From the IMG/VR virus record IMGVR_UViG_2609459800_000003: 36,024 bases of DNA; one strand, given 5' to 3'. The position numbers and the translations under genes are program-made. Below, in pieces: positions 1-8,441 of this stretch; positions within the stretch are counted from its first letter, which is position 1; each line of letters begins with the position of its first letter. Origin of the DNA: a virus (Duplodnaviria > Heunggongvirae > Uroviricota > Caudoviricetes). The notes below the pieces were generated by a model. It saw only the letters and a program-made list of their open reading frames with translations. It had not been told where the DNA came from and ran no database searches.

Positions 1-318
1 ATGAAAAAGATAGCTGCTATATCATTAATTAGTATTTTTATTGTGTCTGGTTGTGCTGTGCATAATGATGAGACAAGTATCGGTAAATTTGGTCTTGCAT
101 ATAAAAGTAATATTCAGCGTAAACTCGATAACCAATACTACACCGAAGCCGAAGCTTCTTTAGCCAGGGGCAGAATATCTGGTGCAGAAAATATAGTAAA
201 AAATGATGCAGCCCATTTCTGTGTTACTCAGGGCAAAAAAATGCAGATAGTTGACCTGAAGACAGAAGGTGCAGGATTACATGGCGTCGCTCGTCTGACA
301 TTCAAATGTGGAGAGTGA
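1..318 (+). CDS. yegR: small lipoprotein, host chromosomal gene flanking the prophage (probably YegR)
   Basis: ATG-initiated 105-aa ORF with N-terminal signal peptide and lipobox (ISLISIFIVSGC). Symbol assigned by synteny only (yegR lies across the P2 remnant from cyaR/yegQ in E. coli K-12, and is 105 aa); the protein sequence itself was not recognised independently. Confidence 0.5.
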   Translation: MKKIAAISLISIFIVSGCAVHNDETSIGKFGLAYKSNIQRKLDNQYYTEAEASLARGRISGAENIVKNDAAHFCVTQGKKMQIVDLKTEGAGLHGVARLTFKCGE

Positions 319-477
319 GAATATTTTTTGGTAAGCGTCAAACATGCGCGTTCTGGTTGTGCTTAGCCGGAACCTGTGCGAGCACGATGCCGTTACGTGA
401 AAGGCATCGTGCTATGAAGGGAGATTCTATCGATGTGGTCAATGGAAGACGGTTACCAGAGATAGGGCTTATGCATA

Positions 478-504
478 AAAAAATAAGCCCGTGTAAGGGA
501 GATT
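478..504. repeat. attL core (27-bp direct repeat aaaaaataagcccgtgtaagggagatt)
   Basis: Exact 27-bp copy of the sequence at 34492..34518; lies immediately outside int. I recognise the sequence as the P2 att core. Confidence 0.85.
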
Positions 505-583
505 TAGGGTGTCACCAGTAGGGGCTTTCAACGGTACTATGCGGGTTTGAGCGGCATAAATTACCACTGAAAGCCCTTAAACG

Positions 584-1597
584 TTACTCTACTGTGGACA
601 CTGTGTGGACACTCTCGGCCTCAGTACCACCTCTTAGCGGATTAAGAGAAATGGCGTCCTGAAGGTACTCTGGCGCAAAATGAGCGTAAACCATAGTTTG
701 CTCAATCCGCGTGTGACCTAGTATCCGTTGTAGCGTGATAATACTTCCTCCATTAATCATGAAATGAGTGGCAAAGCTGTGCCTTAGTGCATGTGTGGCT
801 TGCCCCGTTGGCAAATCCGGTTTTATTGCTTTCATTGTTCGTCTGAAGCGAGGGTAATCAGCATCAGGGAATAAAAAACCTCGTTTGTTATCCGCGATCA
901 TTTTGGCAACAGCCTCTGAGATCGGGACGGTGCGTGGTTTGTTTGTTTTCGTTTTAACAAACGTGACGCGGTTATGGATGATATTTTCTGCTTTCAAACG
1001 AGCTGCTTCTCCCCAACGTGCTCCTGTACTCAGGCAAAGAATCGCAATCTTTTTATTGTCGCCGTCAAGTGCTGCAAGCAGTAAGGCAATTTCTTCCTGT
1101 GTGAGATAGCCTGTTTCTGGTTTTTCCTCCTTAAGCCTCTTTGTCCCTCTGATAGGGTGCTCACCAAAGAATAACTCCGCTTCAATCAGGGCTGTAAACA
1201 TGCCGCTAATACATGTTAAATCACGATTGATACTCGAAGGTTTAATACCCTGACTTCTTCGGGTGGCGCAGTACTGGCTGATAAGGGATTTCGTGATTTG
1301 AAATGCGCATGGGTCATTCGTTATTTTTGTGAAGATTTCAATTTTTCCAAGATTAGATTTCCCATGCTCTTCGTGTTTACCCTTTAAATCCCACCAGATC
1401 TGTGTCAGTTCCGACAGACGTCGTTTGTCTGTTGGTTTTGATAGCCATTCTTTATTGTGGTGGTTGTACAACGTGTATTTTTCGAAAGCGACAGCTTCGC
1501 TTTTCTTATCAAACTTCCTACGGATGCGTTTTCCGTTACGTCCAGTAGGGCGGATGTCCACTTCATATCGACCATCATCGAGTTTTTTGATTGCCAT
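584..1597 (-). CDS. int: P2-type integrase (tyrosine recombinase)
   Basis: 337 aa, ATG at 1595..1597 with GGAGGG Shine-Dalgarno upstream; C-terminal catalytic region HALRHSFATHF...LGHTRIEQTMVYAH (R-H-R-Y type); adjacent to attL and divergent from the late genes as in P2. Confidence 0.95.
   Translation of the reverse strand: MAIKKLDDGRYEVDIRPTGRNGKRIRRKFDKKSEAVAFEKYTLYNHHNKEWLSKPTDKRRLSELTQIWWDLKGKHEEHGKSNLGKIEIFTKITNDPCAFQITKSLISQYCATRRSQGIKPSSINRDLTCISGMFTALIEAELFFGEHPIRGTKRLKEEKPETGYLTQEEIALLLAALDGDNKKIAILCLSTGARWGEAARLKAENIIHNRVTFVKTKTNKPRTVPISEAVAKMIADNKRGFLFPDADYPRFRRTMKAIKPDLPTGQATHALRHSFATHFMINGGSIITLQRILGHTRIEQTMVYAHFAPEYLQDAISLNPLRGGTEAESVHTVSTVE
593..611. promoter_or_regulatory. 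putative Int arm-type binding sites (direct repeats TGTGGACA x2, 11 bp apart) in the int-proximal att arm
   Basis: TGTGGACA at 593..600 and 604..611; related TGTGG(T/A)C copies at 34433..34439 and 34444..34450 in the ogr-proximal arm. Identification as arm sites is from memory of P2 attP organisation. Confidence 0.45.
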
Positions 1598-1712
1598 CAG
1601 AAAACCCTCCGAGTGGTACTTTTTTTTGCTACTACTAATCGCTTTTTTCGTGGTGGCTGAAATTTAGCCACCAATAGTAGGCACTTGTGATGAATATATT
1701 CACGATGAATTG

Positions 1713-2012
1713 TTAACCAGTCTTTTGACCGGAGTGGGGCGACGTTGTTTCGTTTTGCCCAAAGTGTGCGAGAGCGGGCGCAATTTGCCCGGACTCAGGA
1801 GCGATCTGATTGGTCATGAACCATAAAGTGTATTTGGTGAATTGTGGGGTCTGCAGGATGTTCATCATGACATCTGTTGGAGGTGTTGAACGACCACTTT
1901 CATAGTAACTCAGCGTGCCATACGGAACCCCTGTTAAATCAGCAAGTTGTTGTCTGCTCAAATACTCAGATTTTCGCATTAAGACTATCTTCTCGCTTAT
2001 CGTGTTTGACAT
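1713..2012 (-). CDS. C: immunity repressor C
   Basis: 99 aa (same as P2 C), N-terminal HTH (SRQQLADLTGVPYGTLSYYESG); located between int and cox, transcribed divergently from cox. Confidence 0.9.
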   Translation of the reverse strand: MSNTISEKIVLMRKSEYLSRQQLADLTGVPYGTLSYYESGRSTPPTDVMMNILQTPQFTKYTLWFMTNQIAPESGQIAPALAHFGQNETTSPHSGQKTG

Positions 2013-2126
2013 GGTGTTTAGATCTCAATAGTATTTAGTTTAGATGTAGATTGTTTAGTGCTTGGATGTGGGCACTAAAAGGCATTATAAGGCATTAAAC
2101 GCAATTCATGAGGGCTGGAGGACGAC
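2013..2126. promoter_or_regulatory. immunity switch region: divergent Pc/Pe promoters with C operator direct repeats
   Basis: Direct repeats GTTTAGAT at 2016..2023 and 2038..2045 (22 bp centre to centre, two helical turns) plus a partial third copy; second direct repeat AAGGCATTA x2 at about 2080..2097; sits between the divergent C and cox starts. Confidence 0.6.
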
Positions 2127-2402
2127 ATGAGCAAGCAAGTAACACTCATGACTGATGCGATTCCTTATCAGGAGTTCGCAAAACTAATAGGAAAATCGAC
2201 AGGAGCGGTTCGTCGGATGATCGATAAAGGAAAGCTGCCTGTAATTGATATGACCGATCCACAATCAGCTTCAGGTCGTGCAGGTGAATATTGGGTATAC
2301 CTTCCGGCATGGAATAACGGACTAAAACTGGCTTATGAAAGCCGCCCTAAAGAGATTCGTGACGGCTGGTTGATGTGGTTAGGTCTCGGTGAACCACGTT
2401 AA
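2127..2402 (+). CDS. cox: Cox (excisionase / early-promoter regulator)
   Basis: 91 aa as in P2 Cox; ATG 2127 preceded by GGAGGA; first gene of the early rightward operon. Confidence 0.9.
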   Translation: MSKQVTLMTDAIPYQEFAKLIGKSTGAVRRMIDKGKLPVIDMTDPQSASGRAGEYWVYLPAWNNGLKLAYESRPKEIRDGWLMWLGLGEPR

Positions 2403-2412
2403 GGAGAACCGT

Positions 2413-2583
2413 ATGAATGAGCCTCGTTGTATTGCTCAGTTACTGCGTAACGAAAGCCCCAGGGCGATTGACTTCACCATTACCCACGGTAAGGGGCGTA
2501 AGGGAATCATTATCCGCACCAAAAAACAGAGTCCGTTAAAGAAGGCTCTGACCTTTCTGAAAAGTCGGAGGGTCTGGAAATGA
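2413..2583 (+). CDS. small hypothetical early protein (position of P2 orf78)
   Basis: The ORF-track start at 2389 is GTG; the in-frame ATG at 2413 is preceded by AAGGAGA, so 2413 is the likelier start. Stop overlaps the B start. Confidence 0.5.
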   Translation: MNEPRCIAQLLRNESPRAIDFTITHGKGRKGIIIRTKKQSPLKKALTFLKSRRVWK

Positions 2584-3080
2584 CAGTGATGACGCTCAAT
2601 CTTGTTGAAAAACAGCCAGCAGCTATGCGCCGGATAATTGGTAAGCATCTGGCCGTCCCTCGCTGGCAGGAGACATGCGATTATTATAATCAGATGATGG
2701 AACGTGAACGGCTAACGGTTTGCTTCCATGCGCAGTTAAAACAGCGTCACACAACGATGCGTTTTGAAGAAATGAACGACGTCGAACGTGAACGACTGGT
2801 ATGTGCAATTGATGAATTGCGTGGGGCATTCTCAAAACGCCGTCAGGTTGGCGCAAGTGAGTATGCATATATTAGTTTTTTAACAGTCAGTCAGCGTCGC
2901 ACTTTATTTATGCACGCACGACTGACAGAAAAAGAATTTAACCAGCCATACTGGCGAATTAATGAGGAATCATGTTACTGGCGTGATGCTTTATTCCGTG
3001 CATTACGTGAATTATTCAGTCTGTTTGAGTATGCACCGACAATTCTGACGTCGGTAAAACCAGAGCAATATCTGCATTAA
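2580..3080 (+). CDS. B: replication protein B (helicase-loader-like)
   Basis: 166 aa, matching P2 B in size and position; ATG 2580 preceded by GGAGGG. Confidence 0.9.
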   Translation: MTVMTLNLVEKQPAAMRRIIGKHLAVPRWQETCDYYNQMMERERLTVCFHAQLKQRHTTMRFEEMNDVERERLVCAIDELRGAFSKRRQVGASEYAYISFLTVSQRRTLFMHARLTEKEFNQPYWRINEESCYWRDALFRALRELFSLFEYAPTILTSVKPEQYLH

Positions 3081-3143
3081 GTAATTAACCAGAGTTTTTA
3101 ACGCGCTTAATCGTGCGGGGCTTCTTTTTGCCCGGAGAAAGTC

Positions 3144-3368
3144 ATGCATACAGTTTCTGAAAATCAGTGCGGTAAATACGCATTACTGCTGCAACAGGCC
3201 AGAACCGAAGCACAGGCCGACGCTGCGACGCGCTTTTCTTCTCATCTTGACGCCATGATTCGCCACATCACAAAGGCGGAGTTATCCCGCGTGGAGATAG
3301 TCGAGCTGCTCAGTCAGGAGTCGGAAAAATTTCACAATATCGGATTGTCTCGCGGGGAGGTGCTTTGA
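3144..3368 (+). CDS. hypothetical early protein (P2 orf80 position)
   Basis: 74 aa; ATG 3144 preceded by GGAGAAA. Confidence 0.6.
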   Translation: MHTVSENQCGKYALLLQQARTEAQADAATRFSSHLDAMIRHITKAELSRVEIVELLSQESEKFHNIGLSRGEVL

Positions 3369-3670
3369 TGTCCTGTTCTCGTTCAGTTGTATTACTGAAT
3401 AACGCCTTAAAAATCGCCGTTATGGAAAATGGCGATTTGTCTCTTATTCAACTTGGTCTTGATAAAGAAAAGCGCGACATAACTGAATCTGTTATCGCGA
3501 TTTATCAGAATGAATTAAACCTCCTGTCTGATGTGGTCAATTTACTTGTTAAACGCGCTGTATTTCACAAGCAAATCTCCTCCGTGGATGAACTGACGAA
3601 ATTAACGACAGAAATTGCCAGCTATTGCGCTGATGAATTTAAAAAACTTAACGACAAAAGGAGCTGGTAA
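3368..3670 (+). CDS. hypothetical early protein (P2 orf81 position)
   Basis: The ORF-track start at 3365 is TTG; the ATG at 3368 overlaps the upstream stop (TGATG) and follows GGGGAGG. Confidence 0.6.
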   Translation: MSCSRSVVLLNNALKIAVMENGDLSLIQLGLDKEKRDITESVIAIYQNELNLLSDVVNLLVKRAVFHKQISSVDELTKLTTEIASYCADEFKKLNDKRSW

Positions 3671-3894
3671 TGCCGGACAACGTAGATTTTATTCAGGAAC
3701 AACAGGCTGAATTACTGGAGCGTCAGATTAACGCGGCAAGGGTAAAACATTGCGGTGCTTCTGCGCTGGTTTGCGAAGAGTGTGACGCGCCAATACCTGC
3801 TGCCCGTCGTGCGGCTTATCCGTCAGCCACGCGTTGTGTTTCCTGCCAGTCAGTCTTTGAAGCAAAAAACAAACATTACCGGAGAACGGCATGA
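3670..3894 (+). CDS. TraR/DksA-like C4 zinc-finger protein (P2 orf82 position)
   Basis: 74 aa with CxxC...CxxC (CEEC...CVSC); ATG overlaps the upstream stop (TAATG). Confidence 0.7.
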   Translation: MPDNVDFIQEQQAELLERQINAARVKHCGASALVCEECDAPIPAARRAAYPSATRCVSCQSVFEAKNKHYRRTA

Positions 3895-4166
3895 GTATTC
3901 GTATTGAAATTGGCGAACGTTATGTCGTTACCAGTGACAGCTTTCAGTTTATTCTCCACGAGAAAAAGAGAGCGGAAAGCGGTAAAAACGCCGGTCAGGA
4001 ATGGCTGGCGGTGGTTGGTTATTATCCGAAATTAAGCCAGCTCGTTTCCGGCCTGATGCATCACGATATTCTGACCGGAAGCGCAAAGTCTTTTGCTGAT
4101 TTAAACGCGCAGGTTGAGCAACTCAGCAGGCGTTGTTCAGAGGCTTTTGGCTCATATGGCCGTTAA
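3891..4166 (+). CDS. hypothetical early protein (P2 orf83 position)
   Basis: 91 aa; ATG 3891 after GGAGAA; ATGA overlap with the upstream stop; 3' end overlaps the A start. Confidence 0.65.
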   Translation: MSIRIEIGERYVVTSDSFQFILHEKKRAESGKNAGQEWLAVVGYYPKLSQLVSGLMHHDILTGSAKSFADLNAQVEQLSRRCSEAFGSYGR

Positions 4167-6441
4167 AGCCTCCGGGCGTTTTGTCCCTCCGTCAGCATTT
4201 GCCGCAGGCACCGGTAAGGCGTTTGCCGGTGCTTATGCATGGAACGCGCCACGCGAGGCTGTCGGGCGCGAAAGACCCCTTACACGTGACGAGATGCGTC
4301 AGGTGCAAGGTGTTTTATCCACGATTAACCGCCTGCCTTACTTTTTGCGCTCGCTGTTTACTTCACGCTATGACTACATCCGGCGCAATAAAAGCCCGGT
4401 GCACGGGTTTTATTTCCTCACATCCACTTTTCAGCGTCGTTTATGGCCGCGCATTGAGCGTGTGAATCAGCGCCATGAAATGAACACCGACGCGTCGTTG
4501 CTGTTTCTGGCAGAGCGTGACCACTATGCGCGCCTGCCGGGAATGAATGACAAGGAGCTGAAAAAGTTTGCTGCCCGTATCTCATCGCAGCTTTTCATGA
4601 TGTATGAGGAACTCTGTGATGCCTGGGTGGATGCGCATGGCGAAAAAGAATCGCTGTTTACGGATGAGGCGCAGGCTCACCTCTATGGTCATGTTGCTGG
4701 CGCTGCACGTGCTTTCAATATTTCCCCTCTCTACTGGAAAAAATACCGTAAAGGGCAGATGACCACGAGGCAGGCATATTCTGCCATTGCCCGTCTGTTT
4801 AACGATGAGTGGTGGACTCATCAGCTTAAAGGCCAGCGTATGCGCTGGCATGAGGCGTTACTGATTGCTGTCGGGGAGGTAAATAAAGACCGTTCACCTT
4901 ATGCCAGTAAACATGCCATTCGTGATGTGCGTGCGCGCCGCCAGGCAAATCTGGAATTTCTTAAATCGTGTGACCTTGAAAACAGGGAAACCGGCGAACG
5001 CATCGACCTTATCAGTAAGGTGATGGGCAGTATTTCTAATCCTGAAATTCGCCGGATGGAGCTGATGAACACCATTGCCGGTATTGAGCGTTACGCCGCC
5101 GCAGAGGGTGATGTGGGGATGTTTATCACGCTGACCGCGCCGTCAAAGTATCACCCGACTCGTCAGGTCAGAAAAGGCGAAAGTAAAACCGTTCAGCTTA
5201 ATCACGGCTGGAACGATGAGGCATTTAATCCAAAGGATGCGCAGCGTTATCTCTGCCGCATCTGGAGCCTGATGCGCACGGCATTCAAGGATAATGATTT
5301 ACAGGTCTACGGTTTGCGTGTCGTCGAGCCACACCACGACGGAACGCCGCACTGGCATATGATGCTTTTTTGTAATCCACGCCAGCGTAACCAGATTATC
5401 GAAATCATGCGTCGCTATGCGCTCAAAGAGGATGGTGACGAAAGAGGAGCCGCGCGAAACCGTTTTCAGGCAAAACACCTTAACCGGGGCGGTGCTGCGG
5501 GATATATCGCAAAATACATCTCAAAAAATATCGACGGCTATGCACTGGATGGTCAGCTCGATAACGATACCGGCAGGCCGCTGAAAGACACTGCAGCGGC
5601 TGTTACCGCATGGGCGTCAACGTGGCGCATCCCGCAATTTAAAACGGTTGGTCTGCCGACAATGGGGGCTTACCGTGAACTACGCAAATTGCCTCGCGGC
5701 GTCAGCATTGCTGATGAGTTTGACGAGCGCGTCGAGGCTGCACGCGCCGCTGCAGACAGTGGTGATTTTGCGTTGTATATCAGCGCGCAGGGCGGGGCAA
5801 ATGTCCCGCGCGATTGTCAGACTGTCAGGGTCGCCCGTAGCCCGTCGGATGACGTTAACGAGTACGAGGAAGAAGTCGAGAGAGTGGTCGGCATTTACGC
5901 GCCGCATCTCGGCGCGCGTCATATTCATATCACCAGAACGACGGACTGGCGCATTGTGCCGAAAGTGCCGGTCGTTGAGCCTTTGACTTTAAAAAGCGGC
6001 ATCGCCGCGCCTCGGAGTCCTGTCAATAACTGTGGAAAGCTCTCCGGTGGTGATACTTCGTTACCGGTTCCCACACCTTCTGAACATGCCGCAGCCGTGC
6101 TTAATCTGGTTGATGACGGTGTTATCGAATGGAATGAGCCAGAGGTCGTGAGGGCGCTCAGAGGTGCATTAAAACACGGACTGAGAACACCAAATCGTCA
6201 GCAGAGAAACGGAAGCCTGTTAAAACCACATGAAATAGCGCCATCGGCCAGACTGACCCGGTCGGAACGAACGCAAATTACCCGTATCCGCGTTGACCTT
6301 GCTCAGAACGGTATCAGGCCGCAGCGATGGGAGATTGAGGCGCTGGCGCGTGGGGCAACCGTAAATTATGACGGGAAAAAATTCACGTATCCGGTCGCTG
6401 ATGAGTGGCCGGGATTCTCAACAGTAATGGAGTGGACATGA
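4156..6441 (+). CDS. A: rolling-circle replication initiator A (nickase)
   Basis: 761 aa from ATG 4156 (MAVKASGRFVPP...), the N-terminus I recall for P2 A; the track ORF from 4114 is an upstream extension. Conserved HxH-type motif (PHWHMMLF) and tyrosine-containing region (GYIAKYISKN) typical of phiX174/P2-type Rep proteins. Confidence 0.95.
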   Translation: MAVKASGRFVPPSAFAAGTGKAFAGAYAWNAPREAVGRERPLTRDEMRQVQGVLSTINRLPYFLRSLFTSRYDYIRRNKSPVHGFYFLTSTFQRRLWPRIERVNQRHEMNTDASLLFLAERDHYARLPGMNDKELKKFAARISSQLFMMYEELCDAWVDAHGEKESLFTDEAQAHLYGHVAGAARAFNISPLYWKKYRKGQMTTRQAYSAIARLFNDEWWTHQLKGQRMRWHEALLIAVGEVNKDRSPYASKHAIRDVRARRQANLEFLKSCDLENRETGERIDLISKVMGSISNPEIRRMELMNTIAGIERYAAAEGDVGMFITLTAPSKYHPTRQVRKGESKTVQLNHGWNDEAFNPKDAQRYLCRIWSLMRTAFKDNDLQVYGLRVVEPHHDGTPHWHMMLFCNPRQRNQIIEIMRRYALKEDGDERGAARNRFQAKHLNRGGAAGYIAKYISKNIDGYALDGQLDNDTGRPLKDTAAAVTAWASTWRIPQFKTVGLPTMGAYRELRKLPRGVSIADEFDERVEAARAAADSGDFALYISAQGGANVPRDCQTVRVARSPSDDVNEYEEEVERVVGIYAPHLGARHIHITRTTDWRIVPKVPVVEPLTLKSGIAAPRSPVNNCGKLSGGDTSLPVPTPSEHAAAVLNLVDDGVIEWNEPEVVRALRGALKHGLRTPNRQQRNGSLLKPHEIAPSARLTRSERTQITRIRVDLAQNGIRPQRWEIEALARGATVNYDGKKFTYPVADEWPGFSTVMEWT

Positions 6442-6893
6442 TGGCAAAAATTCACGAGGTAAAGCTGCACGCAAAATATTTCGACCTTGTGCTGGAAGGA
6501 AAGAAACGCGCAGAGTTTAGGAAAAATGACCGTAATTATGAGCACGGGGACACGTTGATTTTGCATGAATGGGTGCAGGGTGTGTATACGGGGCGAAAGG
6601 TTGAAGTCCGGATAACAGATGTTACTGACCTGTCAGATTGGCTGGAAGATTATGTCTTGCTAAGTATTGAGCTGCTTAATACAGGCGCATATGAGATTGT
6701 GAACTGGAAAGAACTTAGTGAGCGTGGTCTGGTATTCAGAATTAATCATGAAATTATGCATCAGCTCGGCCTTGCTGTTATGTATGAACCAGAGACGGGG
6801 ATGTCTGGCGGGGCAATGGTTGCCACGGATGGAGCATGGAACTATTCAGATGAACAGATGGAGCGTGCACCGCAAAACGGGTGGCTTGGATAA
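6438..6893 (+). CDS. DUF3850/ASCH-like (PUA-fold) domain protein with uncharacterised C-terminal extension
   Basis: ATG 6438 overlaps the A stop (ATGA) and follows GGAGTGG; N-terminal about 75 aa (HEVKLHAKYFDLVLEGKKRAEFRKNDRNYEHGDTLILHEW) fits the DUF3850/ASCH pattern as I remember it. The track start at 6405 is GTG inside A. Confidence 0.6.
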   Translation: MMAKIHEVKLHAKYFDLVLEGKKRAEFRKNDRNYEHGDTLILHEWVQGVYTGRKVEVRITDVTDLSDWLEDYVLLSIELLNTGAYEIVNWKELSERGLVFRINHEIMHQLGLAVMYEPETGMSGGAMVATDGAWNYSDEQMERAPQNGWLG

Positions 6894-7099
6894 TGCACAG
6901 AATACCAGGCGAGATACCGCACCATAAAACTAAAAATATCAAGCTGATGGCCATTGTTCACCGTCTACAGCAGATTATGGTCAACGAAAATCTGACGCCC
7001 GATGAGCTAGTCGGGTGTGCCGAAATAGTCCGGGATAATTACGTATGGCTTAACTATATCGGTCAGTCCAGCGCTGCACCGCCACCACGCAGACGATAG
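6893..7099 (+). CDS. small hypothetical protein (68 aa)
   Basis: ATG at 6893 overlaps the upstream stop (TAATG); the track start at 6881 is GTG. No recognisable motif. Confidence 0.4.
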   Translation: MHRIPGEIPHHKTKNIKLMAIVHRLQQIMVNENLTPDELVGCAEIVRDNYVWLNYIGQSSAAPPPRRR

Positions 7100-7287
7100 A
7101 GAACGCAGCCAGCTCAGGATTGGCGGGGGATAGAATAACGAGCATAGTGATGCGATTAGACAAACAGACTGACTGGTACACTTAGGATGGTTATAGTGGT
7201 TTCTAAGTGCTTTAGCGATACATCTGGTGGAGTGTTTTACCAACCTCAGAGTTAGCTGAATTTTTAACAAAATACCATTTTGATAGA

Positions 7288-7316
7288 TTTGCCTAATTTA
7301 TTAATTAAACTATACT
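7288..7316 (+). promoter_or_regulatory. candidate sigma70-type promoter for the 7408..8408 module
   Basis: TTTGCC (7288..7293), 17-bp spacer, TATACT (7311..7316) in the AT-rich stretch upstream of the 78-aa ORF; visual match only. Confidence 0.25.
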
Positions 7317-7407
7317 GGACTTATACACAGTGTTCTGTTAATTGTTAGGTTGGTAAGATATTGTGAGGAGGTGATTACTATCTTGGCATCAATCAAGTGG
7401 AGGTTAA

Positions 7408-7644
7408 ATGATGAATATATTTGAACGTATTATAGGTAAAGCTGCCATTGAAAAGGAAAGAGAACTGGCGAGGAGGCTTGAAGCATCTGGAACAAACACT
7501 GTTGAGGTGGTAGGTCGAGGCGCGATTATCACGTCTAAAGAAGACTTGGCAAGCTCAGATACAGTAAAATTGATGAAAATTAAAGCAAGAAGAATAGTTT
7601 CTGAGCAGGTAAAGCAAGAAGAAAAAATGGCTAAAGGGAATTAA
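7408..7644 (+). CDS. small charged hypothetical protein (78 aa), first gene of a two-gene cargo module
   Basis: ATG 7408 with strong GGAGG 5 nt upstream; AT-rich codon usage; stop 3 nt before the next start. Confidence 0.55.
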   Translation: MMNIFERIIGKAAIEKERELARRLEASGTNTVEVVGRGAIITSKEDLASSDTVKLMKIKARRIVSEQVKQEEKMAKGN

Positions 7645-7646
7645 TA

Positions 7647-8408
7647 ATGTTTGCTTTATTAATTATTCCATTACTTGTGAGTGGTTATATTGTATTAACC
7701 ACTCATCCTTATCATTTCTATAGATTACACCGTTATGATGGGCAGTTGTTATATATGAAGTCAGCCGCCTTTGGTCTGTGGTGTTTTATATGGACATTGA
7801 TTATAGCTTACTTAATAAAATGGATATGTCCGAGCTTCCATCCTGTCACGATGGTTCGGGAACAATTAGATCTCAAACTTAGTGACAATGGTACTGAAAG
7901 AATCATAGGATGGATGATTTTACTTTCATGTGGATCGATATTTTTGGCTTGGATATGGAGTGCCGGTGCTAGATATTTGGTTATATATAGAGCTAAAATT
8001 ATAAATTATATCCAAGGGGTAAAGGCTGCCAATATTGATTATGAGAATCTTGTCATGCTAAGGATGAGGCAAGAGCTTATTAATGATAATCCAATGGATG
8101 AAATATTTTTTGATTCGTTAGTTGATAGACGTTCAATACTTATTACGTTGCAAAATAAAAAGACATATGTAGGAATTGTTAACGCATTAGGTGAGCCTAA
8201 CGAGAAAGAAGGACCTAACCAGTATGTTTCAATCTATCCTATTATCTCTGGGTATAGAGATAAGGATTCATTGAAAGTAATCTTGGTGAATGAATATAGA
8301 GAACTTGAGGATGCTGATACTAGTATCATCTTTCCACTAAAAGAAATTTCGCAAGTTTCTTGGTTTGATATGGATATTCATAAAATAGTTGAAAATAATA
8401 AGGTGTAG
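7647..8408 (+). CDS. membrane protein with three predicted N-terminal TM helices and a soluble C-terminal domain of about 145 aa, function unknown
   Basis: 253 aa; hydrophobic segments around residues 2-19, 40-59 and 86-105; AT-rich; tightly coupled to the upstream 78-aa ORF; no catalytic motif recognised. Confidence 0.7.
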   Translation: MFALLIIPLLVSGYIVLTTHPYHFYRLHRYDGQLLYMKSAAFGLWCFIWTLIIAYLIKWICPSFHPVTMVREQLDLKLSDNGTERIIGWMILLSCGSIFLAWIWSAGARYLVIYRAKIINYIQGVKAANIDYENLVMLRMRQELINDNPMDEIFFDSLVDRRSILITLQNKKTYVGIVNALGEPNEKEGPNQYVSIYPIISGYRDKDSLKVILVNEYRELEDADTSIIFPLKEISQVSWFDMDIHKIVENNKV

Positions 8409-8411
8409 TAA

Positions 8412-8436
8412 ATGGTCACCTATAAAAGGTGACCAT
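8412..8436. terminator. bidirectional hairpin between convergent cargo operons
   Basis: Perfect 10-bp inverted repeat ATGGTCACCT / AGGTGACCAT with 5-nt loop, between the stop at 8408 (+) and the stop at 8442 (-); T-rich stretch on the + side. Confidence 0.5.
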
Positions 8437-8441
8437 AATGC

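Noticed and set aside
306-521. 71-aa ORF spanning the attL core
   Set aside because: It crosses the host/phage junction and has no ribosome-binding site; it is created by the integration junction.
885-1667. Plus-strand ORFs (885..1109, 1329..1667, 1457..1660) within the int region
   Set aside because: Antisense to the well-supported integrase gene.
4133-4465. 110-aa ORF in an alternative frame at the start of A, and the upstream extension of A to 4114
   Set aside because: The recognised A N-terminus starts at ATG 4156; the alternative-frame ORF is embedded in A and has no independent support.
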